Origin: Vicugna vicugna
Taxonomy: Eukaryota
Length of the DNA: 64,000 nt
Assembly: GCA_013265495.1 (NCBI GenBank)
Contig: MU061578.1
Coordinates: 3,669,308-3,733,307, forward strand
Direction of reading: 5' to 3'
Position numbers and translations under genes: made by a program. Shown one piece after another: positions 10,796-23,699 of the stretch (positions are counted from its first letter, which is position 1; every line of letters starts with the position of its first letter). Under the pieces are notes generated by a model. It was not told where the DNA came from, searched no databases, and saw only the letters and a program-made list of their open reading frames with translations.

Positions 10796-11674
10796 TGGTT
10801 AGCAGAGTATCTGCACGGATGCCTGAGAGTAACTCTTGGTGCTGTTATTAGCACCTCCAATCGCGTGATGCTGTTTCTTGCTGTCTGCAGAATAAGCTGG
10901 TTCTGCTGGTAAGAAAATCAAGTAAAAGTGAAATGGATAGAGAACGTGCATTCAAAGGGCGGGATGCCCTCCTCCCAGCCTCACCTCTGGGACCCCTCCT
11001 GCTGCACCCATGTGTCCTCCAAGCTTCCCCTCAGGAAGGCAGGCTGGGCTGGGGGCTGGGAGTTCTGGCACTTGCCCGTTGACCTCCCTGTGCCTCAGTT
11101 TCCCCCATGACCATGTGATGGTGACGGTCTCACAGAGGCACCCTGAGGATCAGCACACGGACACAAAAGGCAGGAACCCTTCCTGCTGGCAGACTTGTCC
11201 CCAAACCCCTGGGGTCTTCTCTCTGTTCATCTCACTTCAGCCTCACAGTGACTCCCTCAGCCCATCCCCAGAATGTCCGGTGGAGACCTGGGCAGCTTTC
11301 CTGCCTCCCCTGCCCAGACTAGGGGTTCCTGTGTGAAACAGATGCCTCTCTCTGCACCCCCCAATCCCTGCTCTCCATAGCCCCTGCCTCCCCCAGGGGG
11401 CTGGGGCCAGAATGTGGGGCTTGGTCCACTGAGGCTGCCATGGGAAAAGCGTGGGAACCCTCACAAAGCTCCAGAGACTCCTTAACCTGGGCAGACTGGG
11501 AATCTCTCCGGGCAGGAGCTTTGCTCGCCGGCTCCTCGTGCCAGGGGGCAGCCAGTGGCCTCCCCCAGGACCCCGCAAAGGGTTAAGGTGCTGGAGGCCT
11601 GGTGGGAGTGTGGGCGTCCCGGGCGGGCGGGCAGAGCAGCCGGGCTGGTGCAGGGCCAAGAGCTCCAGCGAAGG

Positions 11675-12035
11675 CGCTGCATTTTAATGAATCATTATTG
11701 CCGGGGAGGCCTTTGTCTTGCTTTATCCGGTGCACAATAAAAGAATTAATTAGACAGAAAATGGCAGGGCAAGGAACTGACAAGTCATTAAGGGCTGCTG
11801 AATGACCGATGAGATGCACGCCGGGGTGGATTTCGGCTCCGGAATGATAATGGCCAGGCGGGTGCTTTGTATGCGCGACCAGCCGGCCTCTGTGCCGCAT
11901 TGTGGGCGCTGCCATTGTGGCCGGCCAGGGCGGGCCAGCGCGGGCCTGACTCTCCAAAGGCCGAGCGGGCAGTGGGGATCAGCCGACGAAATCGATGTAT
12001 TAATTTTTGTGTGCAGACACAGCGTAAATATTTGG
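11675..12035. promoter_or_regulatory. Candidate enhancer (SOX, homeodomain and FOX motif cluster)
   Basis: Repeat-free, CpG-retaining island with CTTTGT x2, CATTGT x2, ACAAT, TAATTA, ATCGAT and GTAAATA. Confidence 0.5.
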
Positions 12036-12156
12036 ACGCAGAGGGGACTCTGGGGTGGGCCTTTTGGCCCTGGGACTCGACTTCTCAGCTCAGGGGACAG
12101 GGCTGGCTGTGGGGGTGCTCCCCACCCTGTGAGAGGCAGAAGGCACGGGTGGGGGT

Positions 12157-12286
12157 AGGAGAAGGAGGGAGACGAGAGGAGAGGAAAGAGGAGGAGGTAG
12201 GTAAGGCGAGGAGGGGAGAAAAAAAAGAGAGGAGAGGGGAACAGGAGGGGAGGGAAGGAGGGAGGGGAGATGATGGGGGAGGGGAA
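12157..12286. repeat. GA-rich polypurine low-complexity tract
   Basis: About 130 nt almost entirely G/A on the + strand. Confidence 0.85.
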
Positions 12287-13404
12287 CCTTGAAGACCCAG
12301 AAGAAACTCTTCCCAGAGCCAGGCTCCGCCATCCTTAGCTGCTGCTGTCATGGTTATTTAGACGTCACCAGGGGAAAAGTGCCACCCACAGATCCGGCTC
12401 TCCCACCCAGAAAAATCCAGCTCCTCCGGGAGGGCAGGAGAAGAGAGCCTGTGAATTAGGCCTGCATCGCAGGGCCCGCAGGAGACCTGCCCCTCCCTGT
12501 GGTCCCCCGGGGGGCTGGGTTTGGAAACTGCCCAGCTCCCTGGTTTCCTGCTTCTTTATAGCAACTCCAGTGCCCCACCCCAACTCCCGGTGTAGTCTTA
12601 GGGATGAGAGGGAGGGGTGGTCTCCCCTGCCCAGAGTGATAGGAATGTGGGTGAACGAGGAAGGTGTGTCAGCTAGTCAGACGACGCCCCTTCCCAGGCT
12701 GGATGTGGAGGGACAGGTGAACCCACTGCTGGGACCCTCTGACCAGCTTCAGATCCTGGCAGGAGGCAACGGCAGCCCCAGCTGACAGAGGATGAGATTG
12801 CAAGGATGTGTCCCTTGTCCCAGGACTTAAGCCCAGGCTGGGTGGCAGGGCTGGGTCGCAGGCACTGCTCCTGGGCTACTGAGACCCTCAAAGGATGGGG
12901 ACTCCTCTGTCCAGAGGGCTGCCTCTTGTTCATGAAAAGGGCGAGTGCTGGATAGGGGGGACTCCACCAAGCCAGGGCTGCAGAGAGCAAAGGCCACACT
13001 TATTTCCAGATAACAAGTGTCCTGTTGGTTGTCAGGGCATCCGGACACCACTGAGAAGCACTGTCGATGCTTTTGCAACTTGCCATCCTATGCATCCTAT
13101 GGTTGTGTGTTCTCCCTCCCCACGTGAGCGTGAGACTAAGGTGGGCCTGACAGCCTGGATATCACCCCTGAGGAAGGGGAGCCTCCCCTCTCTTCTTCCC
13201 ACTTCCTGGGACCACTTGGGTTCTCTAAGGGACTTGTTAACTAGTCAGGGAGGGAGGGATAGATGAAGGTGGCCAGAGGGCCTGGGTGACCCTGGCTCTA
13301 GAAACCTGAGTCTTCTACCTTTTCCCAGACAGGGAGAGGGCTGTCAAGGCAGGGTCATGGTGCCTGATGTCTGGGGGCTTGGGCCCCCCAGGGTGCACAG
13401 CCCT

Positions 13405-13545
13405 GGACAAGTTAACGGCCTCTCTGGCCCCTCTGTAAAATGGGAAAAATATTCCCCAACTCCACAGGAACTGTATTCAGGAGCGTGGGAGATGCATGTG
13501 GGCAGCGCTTAGCACACGATTTGGTTAGAAGCAGTCACTAAAGAC
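13405..13545 (+). mobile_element. MIR SINE fragment
   Basis: GACAAGTTAAC...CTCTGTAAAATGGG...AGCGCTTAGCACA resembles the MIR core and tail. Confidence 0.6.
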
Positions 13546-13629
13546 ACATCACCCAAAGTTGTCATTGAGATAAAGTGATAGGACACACCTCAGCAAGGAG
13601 TCAGCCTGCTGGGCAGGGCTGATGTGCTC

Positions 13630-13930
13630 TCCATCCCTCATCCAACCATCCTTCCTTCCATCCATTCATTTGTCCTTCTTTCCATCCGCCTGTCTACCCA
13701 CCCACCCTTCCATCCTTCCATTTTGCCATCCATCCTTACTTCCATCCATCCAGTGACCATCATACACCAGGCACTGGGCTTTGAGGGAGAAGGAGACTAA
13801 CCTGGCCCTGCCCTCTCTCAGTCTGGCAGGAAAGAGTCACACAGGACAAGTGCAGGGGACTGTAGGAACCTATACAGGGAGCAGCCTGCTCTGTGGGTTG
13901 TTAGGGAGGTTTCCTCAGAAAGTTGCTTCT
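13630..13930 (-). mobile_element. Degenerate (CCAT)n tract with adjoining L2 3'-end remnant
   Basis: CCAT/CCTT repeats 13630-13750, then CCAGGCACTGGG...CCTGGCCCTGCCCTC typical of a reversed L2 3' end. Confidence 0.5.
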
Positions 13931-14204
13931 CCCTGAGATGTTTCCACCAAGTCTTGCTTCTGAGCAGGGGTCTAGGAGCTGAGCCCTCACCTGGTTCCAG
14001 TCCTAGTAAACCACATCATCTTTCGCTCTTTCACTCAGCCCTTGGGAGAGCTCACCTGGTCAGCTTTGGCTGGCTCTTTGCTTGCTGGACCTGACTGCAC
14101 AGTAGCACTGAGGAGACCTAAGTCATGCCCAAAGGCAGGCCGAGCTGCAGTGGTGGGACCCAGGAGCAGCCCCTCACAGCTATGGGTCCTGGGGCTTGGT
14201 GACT

Positions 14205-14315
14205 AGTAAGATGCCTAATTCACTCCAGTTTCTCCAGACATTTCCAGTTTTAGCACTGACAATCATGTCCTGGGAGGCCCTCTGTCTCTAGAGAATGAGA
14301 ACAGTGGTCACTCAT
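14205..14315. mobile_element. Short hAT-type DNA transposon remnant (MER81/MER94-like)
   Basis: CCAGTTT...TTTTAGCACTGAC...GTCCTGGGA...GGTCACTC resembles the hAT-Blackjack MITE consensus as recalled. Confidence 0.35.
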
Positions 14316-16599
14316 TAAACAGGTATGGGAGGTTCCACACTGCCCAGGACTATCTGTGAAAACATACACTTTGGGGTGGGAGTGGGGGTGGGGGCGGGGA
14401 TGGGGCAACCACATCCCAATATGGGCGGCATGCCCCTGGGTGGCCTTACAAGCTCAACAGGGTCAGGGCCATGACTGTACTTGACCTTCAGCCATGACCT
14501 CGGCTGTCCTGGACAGAGACCAGATGCTCAGGGAGTGTCTGCTGAGTGAGTGAATCTGTGAATTAATGAAAGAGCAAGATAAGGCCAGTCTCAGCTCTTC
14601 CAAAGAGTGAAGCCGGATGAAGGCCCAGTGGTCACAGAAGGGCAAGGCAGCAGCAGGGAGGGAGACCCAGGGTCCTTACTGCTTTCTCTTTCAAAATTTC
14701 CCAGGTGGTGAGAACAATTTGTACAGGAGTGGCAGGGAGTGAAAAGGGGTGGCTGACAATGCCAGAGGCACAGAGGAGGCCTCAGGAGCCCTGGGCATCT
14801 CTGGTTTGCAGTCTAGTGGTCCATGCATGGTGTATTGTGAAATAGGGATGGTGGTGGTGCTAAGTGCATGATATGCGGAGGGCTGGCTTGCTCTGAGCTA
14901 TGTAATTTAGGACAGTGACTAACATTAGTGATGGTAACCTTGAGTTATCAAGAAATAGCTGAAGCATGTGCTGAACTCCCTTCTCCAGAAGGGGCAGCAC
15001 CTGCCAGAAAGGCCAAAATTAAGGAGAGAGAACTTCAAGTGCTGGAGAGGATGTAGGGAACCAGGTCCTCATCCTTCAAAATTGCTCCAGTTCCACCTGC
15101 TGCTGACATGTGGGGTGCACTAGGTTCTCTGTAGGATGCAAATACCCTTTAAGTAAGAAAATAAATTATGATCTTTCCAACTCGGGGTCCAGTGCAGCTA
15201 GGAGAAGGAGCCAGGCATTGAGGAACCTCCCAGAGGCAGAGATCACCATGAAATGCCATCCATATCCAGGACAAGAGTTTCTGTGTCTTGTTTTGGTTTT
15301 GTTTTTTAAGGCAGGGCAATGAGAAAAAAAAATTAGGGAGATTTCTTCCAAAATCAGTTCAAAGTTCTGTTGATTGCTGTCTGGAAAGCAGAGTCTCTGG
15401 AAATTTTCTCCCCAGAGTCTGGGGACTCATGTCCCGAAGTCTCCACATTCTGGAACATTCTTTTCTATTCATCAGATGGAAAGAAAGTGTCCCCAAGACA
15501 GGTAAGTGGCTGCAATGAGAGCCTTTTGTCAATTCTCAGGTGTCTGGGGGCACTTTCCCTCCACTGAGGGTGAGGAGGGCAGGAGCCCCCTCGCAGTTTT
15601 CCAAATCCCCAGAGAGGATATTGGGGTGGGAAGTGTGGGCCTATTAAAAGGGGAAACCTACAGTCTCTCTGGGGACCTTGGGAGATGCCCATTTAGTAAG
15701 GGGCTGGGGAGCAGGCAGGAGTACAGAAGGAGGTGGGGGTCCTGAGGACAGCAGTCACGCATGCAGTGTGCACAGGGCCCCAAGCTGGTCTGTGCTCAGC
15801 CAGCATGATCTTAGCAAAGGTCTGAAGGGTCTGTGATTTCCCCACGGTCACCCTGCTGGCCAGGACCCCAGGTTAAGCCCTGGACAGAGGAGCAAAGTGG
15901 GACAAAGACCCAGCGGCAGGACGAACCAGGCTCTGTTGCTGTAAAGAAGGGCGTCCCACACCTGTCTGCCCTCTGAGCAGTTGGGGGTGACTGGCCTTTG
16001 CCATGTCAACTGGACAGAAGGGACTTGTGGGCCCAGATGTTCCTCCTGGGCTCTACCTCCCCCTGTCATGCCCCATCAACCCCGAGCTGTCCTATAGGGG
16101 GACCGGAATGCACTGGAGTTGCCCACTGAGGAAACATTCTTGAATGTCTCAGTTAGAGGACAATCCTGAAGCTGAGAGAAGTTCTGGACCCCTCTGAATG
16201 CCCCCGGGGAGGGCAGTGGGCACATTTGGATGCGCAGGCTGGCCCTGAGGCCAGGGAGGCCCCATAGGCAACCTTGGGAGCTGGCTTGGTTGGTGGGTGA
16301 GGGTCGGGTGCACACAGGGGGCTGCTGGACGCAGAGTCTGGCCCAGCTCTGCATCATGACCACCAGGTGGGAGCTGCAGGGACACCAGGCACCCTGAGCA
16401 GGAAGCCCTAGCTGGAGTATTTCCTTCCATGAAACACCAGCCCGAGTCCTACAGGCTGGGCAGAATGATGTCACAGGCCAGGCTGAGCGGGGGTTTTCAT
16501 CACCTTGGGAATGCCTACGGTAATCGGGGATGGAGCAGGCACTGTCGCGGAGGAAGACAGAGATGGAGATTTGGGGAGGTGGACGACCTCCTCCCATCT

Positions 16600-16985
16600 G
16601 GCAGGAAAGTTGATTTCTTGCAAAGCAGAGACACAGCCAGCTCGTGGTGCCTTTGGAAAGGAGACAAATCGTGTCTCAATTGTGATGGGGTGATGGGGTC
16701 ACGGAGCCCTCGCCCCCGCCTCCCGCTCCGCACAGCCGGGTGTGCATTCGGCGGGGCTGATTCCCCTCACGCGGGCGCCCGTCACCTGTTCCTCCCATTT
16801 GCGAGCTAATTCCGCAGGGTCCGTGGGCGGCGGCAGGCGCGGCAGATCCGGAGTGTGGGCGCGGCCGCTCCCTGCCGTTACAAAACAGCCCAAGCGGAGG
16901 TTCATTTGCATGAAGCCCCGGAGAGAATTCCCACCCAAATCCTTCTTGATTTTGAGCCCCTGAAGCTCTAATCTGTAAAATGACT
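16600..16985. promoter_or_regulatory. Small orphan CpG island, candidate enhancer with octamer
   Basis: CpG-dense 16700-16920; ATTTGCAT at 16904-16911; no repeat similarity seen. Confidence 0.45.
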
Positions 16986-19599
16986 CCCCACCTCTGCCAC
17001 CCGGATGGATACTGAGACCCCAGCCAGAGGCCGCTTCCATAATGCCTCCTGGTTCCCCAGGGCCAGGCACATCAGGGAAGGCTCAGACTCAGCTTACCTG
17101 TCTGGGAAATGGGCACCCAAGTCTGTCTGCCTGGGGCCCTGAGGGGCGAGAGAACCACTGGGGAAGAAGAGTGCCTTCCCCCACCGGGGACAGGCGATCC
17201 TGGTGGTGTCTAAGCAACAAGATTGAAATGTTGAGTGTGAGATTTGTCTGCAGCCATAGGGTGGAGAAGTCAGAGCCATGAATGCTGGGGCCATGATCTG
17301 AGGATAGGTGGCCCTGGGGGAGGATGCCTATGAAACAAAGACTTGTCTGCCCAGTGGTCCCAGAGACCCTACCCTGGGGCCCTTGGAGGTGCACACAGGC
17401 CCCAGGAGCTCTTGGAGCAGGCAGGGGAGGGCACCCTGGGGGAGGTGCCGGAAACAATGAACAAGGTGTAGGGACTGGTTCCTGGGTGGGAGTTTAGCAC
17501 GACACAGATTGCCTGGCCCAGTGGGTGCTCCAAGGAGACATCCCTGGGTGGGGACCACGAGGAGGAGGGTGGACGAGATGGGCAGGGAGGGAGGATTCAA
17601 TGCGGAGAGCCCAGCCCAAGACGTTCCTGCACCCAAGACTTAAAGGGAGAGAAATGGGAGAGGAAGGAAGCAGTTGGCTTGGCTGGAGCGGCTGGCACAG
17701 GCATTTGCCACTTCCCAGGAGACCTGATGCAGACAGAGTGGGTTACCTGTCTGTTTCCGGAGTGGGGGAAGAAGGGGATGACGCTTCAACCAGATCATCC
17801 TACAAGCTGCTACCATTAACAGGGCATCTATTCTGGGAGAAGGGGCGAGTGGTATCCTCGGCCCCGAATGTGCCCACCCCACCTCTCCCTGGCTGGCCCC
17901 TCTCACCGATGGCTCACACGCCTCCTCTTCCAAAATGCCTCCTACACTGCCTCTAACAATAAGCCCAATTGACTATTTCCCCAGGTCCCCATCAGCGGTT
18001 GTCACAACAGGTGGGACTCCTGCCCACACACCGTGAACTCGGAGAGTGCAGTGGCTGACCCCAGCACCTCATGCTGGGCACAGGAGCTGCTTATCAGCAC
18101 TGGATGGGGGCTCTGGGGGCAGAGTCTGGGTAGGAGGTGCTTGGGCATAGCCCTGGCCCCACCCACAGGCTGAGTTCTGGCACCCCTCACCCCTTGTGAT
18201 ATCTCTCAGATTCCCTGCCTAGACAGGCGTCTCCCCATTTGGCTGATGGAGGACTGGGGTCTCCAGGTCATAAGGTATAAGGTGGCAGAGACTGGTAAGT
18301 CCTCTTGGGTTGCTGTCCAGATGATGTAGGGTACAGGGAAGTGTGTAGACCTCCAGGGAGCAGGAGAGCCTTTTCCTTGTGACTCCAGACCTGGAAAACC
18401 TGTGGGTCTCCCCCAAAGTAGTCTTGCAGACTTCTGAGAGTCTGGCCTGGGAGAGACAGCAGGAGCCCCCTGGGGGACTCCTGCCATGAACTCTGGGTGA
18501 CCAGACACTTCCTGCTGCCCACGGGCTTGGAACCCCCCAGCTAGAGGTGGGCACAACTGACACCTCTAACCTCAGACAAAGCAAGAAACGGGCCCAGGTG
18601 CTCAGGAGGGCCTCACCTCGGTCCACGAGCCTGGCTGCTCCGGGATCCTCCCTGTGCAGGGGAGCTTACTACCTAGCTGGGCAGTCCCAGGGAAAAGGGG
18701 GAACCTGTGACACCAGGCTGGGGCGAGATCTCCCAGAAGCTCCGTGGGGTCCATTCTTTCCCTGCCCAAGTTTCTTAGTGACCTTGATAAGTGGCCGATC
18801 CAAGCTCAGATGCTGGCTCTGTCCAAGGCGAGGCCGGAGGGAGCAGCGCCCTCGGATGGGAGCCCCAGGCCCTGGAGAGAGGCCACCTGTCAGCAAGCTC
18901 CCGCTCCTGGACACGCCGTGTCTGGCTGAGAATCGGCAGGACTGGCTCTCAGGCCACGTGGGCTGAGTTTGGGGGTCTGGCTGCTCCAGAAAATCAAAAC
19001 CACATTTTCTTCCCTGGAGCTACCCAGAGCGTTTTAAACTAGACTCGGAAAACTCATTTGGACATATGCCGTTTCCACCCCAGAGGATTTGATTTCCCCT
19101 GGAATGCCAGGAGAAAATCAGCTGGAAACTGAGTTCAGGACAGTGGAGAGGGAAGGCCCGGATCCTGGGAGGGCTGGGGGGCTCGGCAGTCTTGGACATG
19201 TCTCTCAGCCTGTCTGGGCGCTGCTCCTCGCCTGCAGATGGGGCTCCATGGGGATCAGGCCACAGGACACAGTGGTCCCTTTATGCCTGGCTCAAAGTCT
19301 GCTTCTGGAATGATGGGGACTGCCCCTCGGTGGGGACAGTAGGCGTGGAGTGACCTCCGAGAACAGGGAATTAGTGTTTCCACACAGAGGGGCAGCTGGT
19401 TCAGCCACCAGGACCTGCAATGTCACACCTGGGCTGTTAAAATTAGCGAAATCCAAAGCATCCCTGGAAAGCCCGTCCCCAGAATAAACCGCTTCAAAGC
19501 TGATGCCTGGTGTGCAACGGCCGGAGATGTGGGCTGGAGCCAAGCTTGGAGGCTCAGAAGCCCTCACTCCCCTGGTCCTGGGAGAACAGGTGACAAGGG

Positions 19600-19972
19600 T
19601 CAGACTAATGGGTGACCAAATGTGGTCCATCCACACTTGGCATATTACTCAGCCACAAAAAAGAATGAAGCACTGACACAGGCTACAACACGGATGCACC
19701 TCGAAAGCACGATGCTCAGTGAGAGAAGCTAAACGCAGAAGGCCACATAGTGTGGGATTCCATGTGTGCAAAGCATCTAGAACAGGCAAATCCACAGAGA
19801 CAGAGTGCAGAGGGGAAGGGGCATGGGGAGCGGCTGCTGATGGGGACAGGGTTTCTTTTGGGGCAATGGAAAACTTCGAGAACTTGATAGAAGTGGTGGT
19901 CCCAGCTCGTTCTGAATGTACACTGAAAATAATTAATTCTATGTTATACAAATCTCACCTCAATAAATTAAA
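19600..19972 (+). mobile_element. Old L1 (L1MB-like) 3' end
   Basis: AAATGTGGTCCATCCACAC...TATTACTCAGCCACAAAAAAGAATGAAG...ATGCTCAGTGAGAGAAGC...CTCAATAAA. Confidence 0.85.
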
Positions 19973-21679
19973 GTAGAAAGACTCACAGCAGCCAAAATGA
20001 CTCAGATTTGGGAGTGACTCATCCAGATTATTTGCATTATGGTCATTTAGAGAAAAACCTGACCTTTTCCCAAAACTGAAAGACCAAAGTGATGTCACCT
20101 GGGTGGCAGAGGGCAGAGGCATGATGGATAAGCAGGGACCCCTTCCGCCAGGTGGTTGGGGTCCCTCCAAGGAGGGAGGTCCCCCAAGCAGTGGTGAGGG
20201 AGTGGCTTTCCACTTGGAGAAACGGAAGTCCTTGTCAGAGCTGGACCCACCAAGTGCGACCAGAGGCCTGGACCTGGCCAGGGTTGTGGGGCCAGGAGCC
20301 TAGACAGCCTTGGCCTTCTCGGGAGAAGTTGGCCTGGAGAAGATGCTACAGAGGTGTGTGAGGGCATGTGGCCTCCCTGGGGGCGTGGACGGGGCTTGGC
20401 GAGCACCCAGAGGACCCTGCTCAGAGCCGAGGACTCAGAGTGAGGAGATGATACTGGAACCAGAGCCTCCTCAACCCATCCCCCCATGTCTGGCCCCACG
20501 TGCTGTGTGCACCCCTGGTGAGCACCACAGACACACACACCCTGCACCTGTCTACCCAGTCCTGTGGGGCCCAGGGGCTTCGTCCTCCTCCCCAAGTCAC
20601 TCTCCGAGAAGTGGGCAGACCCCAAGGAAATTCTCCAGGCTTCATGGAAAGGGCTGCCGATGGCTGGAGTCCGAGATGGGACCCCTGACACCTCTCAGCT
20701 AGGCTGGAAGCCCAGATGCAGCCCCTGAAAGGACTGGAGTAGCTGCTGGTCCCTTAGAGTTCCACTTGCCCTGCTACCCAGACAGCAGCATGAGCTAACT
20801 TCCTCCCAACCAAAGTTTGCCCATGTAACGTGTCTTTTCACTGTTGTCGGCTGTCAGGCCCCATTAACAGTCTAACAGTCAGGTGGGAGGCTGGTGGATC
20901 CCTAGGGAGTGCAGGAAGGCCTTGGTCTCCAGGGAGTACTGGCCCAGGGCAATGGCCCCTGGTACTCCAGAAGCTGTGGCATCTCAGGGAGCAGTGGCTC
21001 CTCTGTGGCCAGGCCTCAGTTTTGCCAGGGTGGGCAGATGGGGCTAGCCTGCATGGCAGAGATGGGCACAGGGGCCACTCCTGCAACAGTGGCAGCGGTG
21101 GCCCCTGGGGGCAGAGAGGGAGGAGAGACTTCCTGGGCACAGGTCACTCAGGCCCGTCTGGGAGCGGCTCTGGTGGGCAACTGTGTACCCTCTGCCTACC
21201 TCTGCTCCTGAATGTGGTTTCCCGATCCATCACATCGCTGGTAGTAGTGATGGCTGCTGTGGAAAGGAGAACTTCTCCTCCAGCACCAGCCAGAGCACTT
21301 ACACTCATGACCTCAGGTGGGGACTTGGTTGTACCCACTTTATAGGTAGGGATGCTGAGGCTCAGAGAGGGGATGCACCTGGCCTAGGTGTGGCCCCAGC
21401 TCTCCCAGGGGGTGAGACAGTAAGTTAAAATTCTTCTCCAGCCTCTCCCCACACCCTGCCGTCCTGCATGCCCCCTGGGGTTCCCATGAGCAGAGGCCCG
21501 GGATCCCTGGACAGTGAGTGTGTCCCCATCTGCATGCCCTGCCCCAGGCCTGGGAATAGGGAGATTGTAAGTGCCCTGTCCATGGGGCCAAAGGGGGATG
21601 ACGGACCTGCAAAGCTCTGAGCCCCTGGTCGGTGATTCTTTTTTTCGCCATCACCTGAGATGATTGTCAGAGATAAGCT

Positions 21680-22045
21680 CTCACAGGCAGAGTGTGTCCC
21701 TGAAATTCCTGTGTTGAAGTCTGAGCCCCTCTTTGTCAGGACTGACTGTATTTGGAGAGGAGGATCTTTAGAGAGGTGACGAAGGTAAAATGAGGTCCTT
21801 AGGGTGGGACCTAATCAACGTGACTGATGTCCTTAGGAGATCAGGACACAGATATGCAGGGAAGACCACAGAGGACACATGGAAAAGGCAGCCGTCTGCT
21901 TGCCAAGGACAGAGGCTCAGGAGGAGCCTGCCCTGCCGACACCCTGATCTGGATGTCCAGCCTCTGGGACCAGGGGAAACACATTTCTGCTGTTGAAGCC
22001 ACACGTCTGTGGGACTTGGTTCTGGCAGTACAAGCAGACAGAAGC
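21680..22045 (+). mobile_element. MaLR LTR (MLT1B-like)
   Basis: GACTGTATTTGGAG...GGTAAAATGAGGTCCTTAGGGTGGG...CCCTGCCGACACCCTGATCTGGATGTCCAGCCTC...TTTCTGCTGTTGAAGCCAC. Confidence 0.85.
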
Positions 22046-23582
22046 CACTGAAGGATTTGCATGTCAAGTGCAGTGTGACTTAAGGCAGCTGCGTCCACAT
22101 TCTGGGAGAGGTTCCAGAAGCGTCTGTGATCTTGACGTCTACCCATCAGGGTTCCACGCTACCTGTGCAGACCCCCCTTTGCAAGAAGCACAGCGCGGAC
22201 ACACACGGCGCCTGGTCTCACGCTGGCCCTCCCCCAAACCAAACCTTGGCATCAATACCCCAAGGAGAAGCCGCCCCGGAATGTTCCGCCCTGGCTCCAC
22301 GCCTGCCTGGGCTGCATGGCAGGCACAACGGTGAGGTTCACACTCCTGGTAGGTTTAATACCAAGGTTTCAAGGCTTCTTTCCCCCTCAGAAGCCATTAA
22401 TGAACTTTTCATGACAAAAACCCTGTTATTTTTCCTAATGTAAAGATGGTGCCCCATGTGGAGCCTCAGGTGGTTTCCAACCCTGCACAAACATTTCAGG
22501 GGCCCGTGAAGCATGGCAGGCATGGGTGACTCCACAAGCCCCCTGTGGGCCACTGGGCCCCCCACTCTTGGGCTGGGTCAATATTGATGCAAATTAAAGC
22601 GGGCCCTGGCCAGGACTTCACGGCGGAGGGAGCTTGCAAGGCAGCTGTGGGGCTGCCGCCTGAGGTCTCAGGCCCTGAGCTGGACGGAATCCCAGAGATG
22701 GGCAGAGATGGGGTGCTCTGGGCAGAGATGAAGGTTGTGGCAGAGATGGAGGCTGTGGGCTGGGATGCGGCTGCAGCACCTGCGTGGGCACCACCCCTAG
22801 TCTCACAGAGGCTGATTCCTTTTCTTTGCAAAATCAAATGAGGGAGAACTTCCCTACCTTATTTCAGTTAAGGCTCAGTCTATAAAATGTCAGTTTCAGA
22901 TGGGCATCTGGGTTGGTGAAACTGTCCCCATTTCCCCGAGCACCCTGCTTGTCCCAGACCCTGCAGCAGCCCCTGGCCACAGAAGGATGGTCTCTCCAGC
23001 GGATGGTCATCCTGACCCCAAATGCGTTTTGGAGCTGAAAAGTCAGTCTCACAAACCCAGGGCTGCGGGGCGGTGAGCTGGGAACTCTCAGTGAACCGCT
23101 CTGTCTCCAGTGTGGACATGTGTGTGGGTTCAAGTTCTACCCTTCTCGGCCTGCCCACTGCCTCCTTCCAAATCCTTGCTGTTGGCAGGAAGAAGCAGCC
23201 CGGCCCTGTGGCTGCAGACCCAGGCCCATGGAGCACACTGTTACTGTCATGGAGCAGGATGTCATGGGGCATCCTGGAGAGGCCTCGGGTCCACCTGACC
23301 CAGCCTGCTCTCTGGGACTCCCCATCTTCTTGCTTACGACCAGAGCTGGAGAGCTCACCCTCTGTGGTGGCAGGCACACTTGGTAGGATGGCTTGAAGCG
23401 CAGCAAAGCTTCTCTGATGGCTTCTTCCTTCAGCTGGTCCTCCTGGACACGTTACAAGGCTCCCCGCTCCCTATGCCTGTCTCACCAAGTTGGGACATTC
23501 AGGGGCTGGGGGACAGGTGGAGGCAGTGTCTTCAAGGTCCTGTCCAGCAGCAGCCAGCCTGGCTAGAGAGAGAAGTGTGCCT

Positions 23583-23632
23583 GTGAATGAATGAGTACAT
23601 GAGTGAATGAATGTATGAATGAATGAATGAGT
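23583..23632 (+). repeat. (TGAA)n microsatellite, probable L2 tail
   Basis: Imperfect TGAA repeats. Confidence 0.7.
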
Positions 23633-23699
23633 TTGCTGCAGAGACCGTGAGGCTTCAGAACTTTTTCTGAGGAGCCAGCCAGGGAGCGGGCCCACCCCT

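Noticed and set aside
22691..22752. CAGAGATG repeated four times with variable gaps (array-like)
   Set aside because: Repeats and gaps are far too short and irregular for a CRISPR-like array in a mammalian context; a decayed minisatellite.
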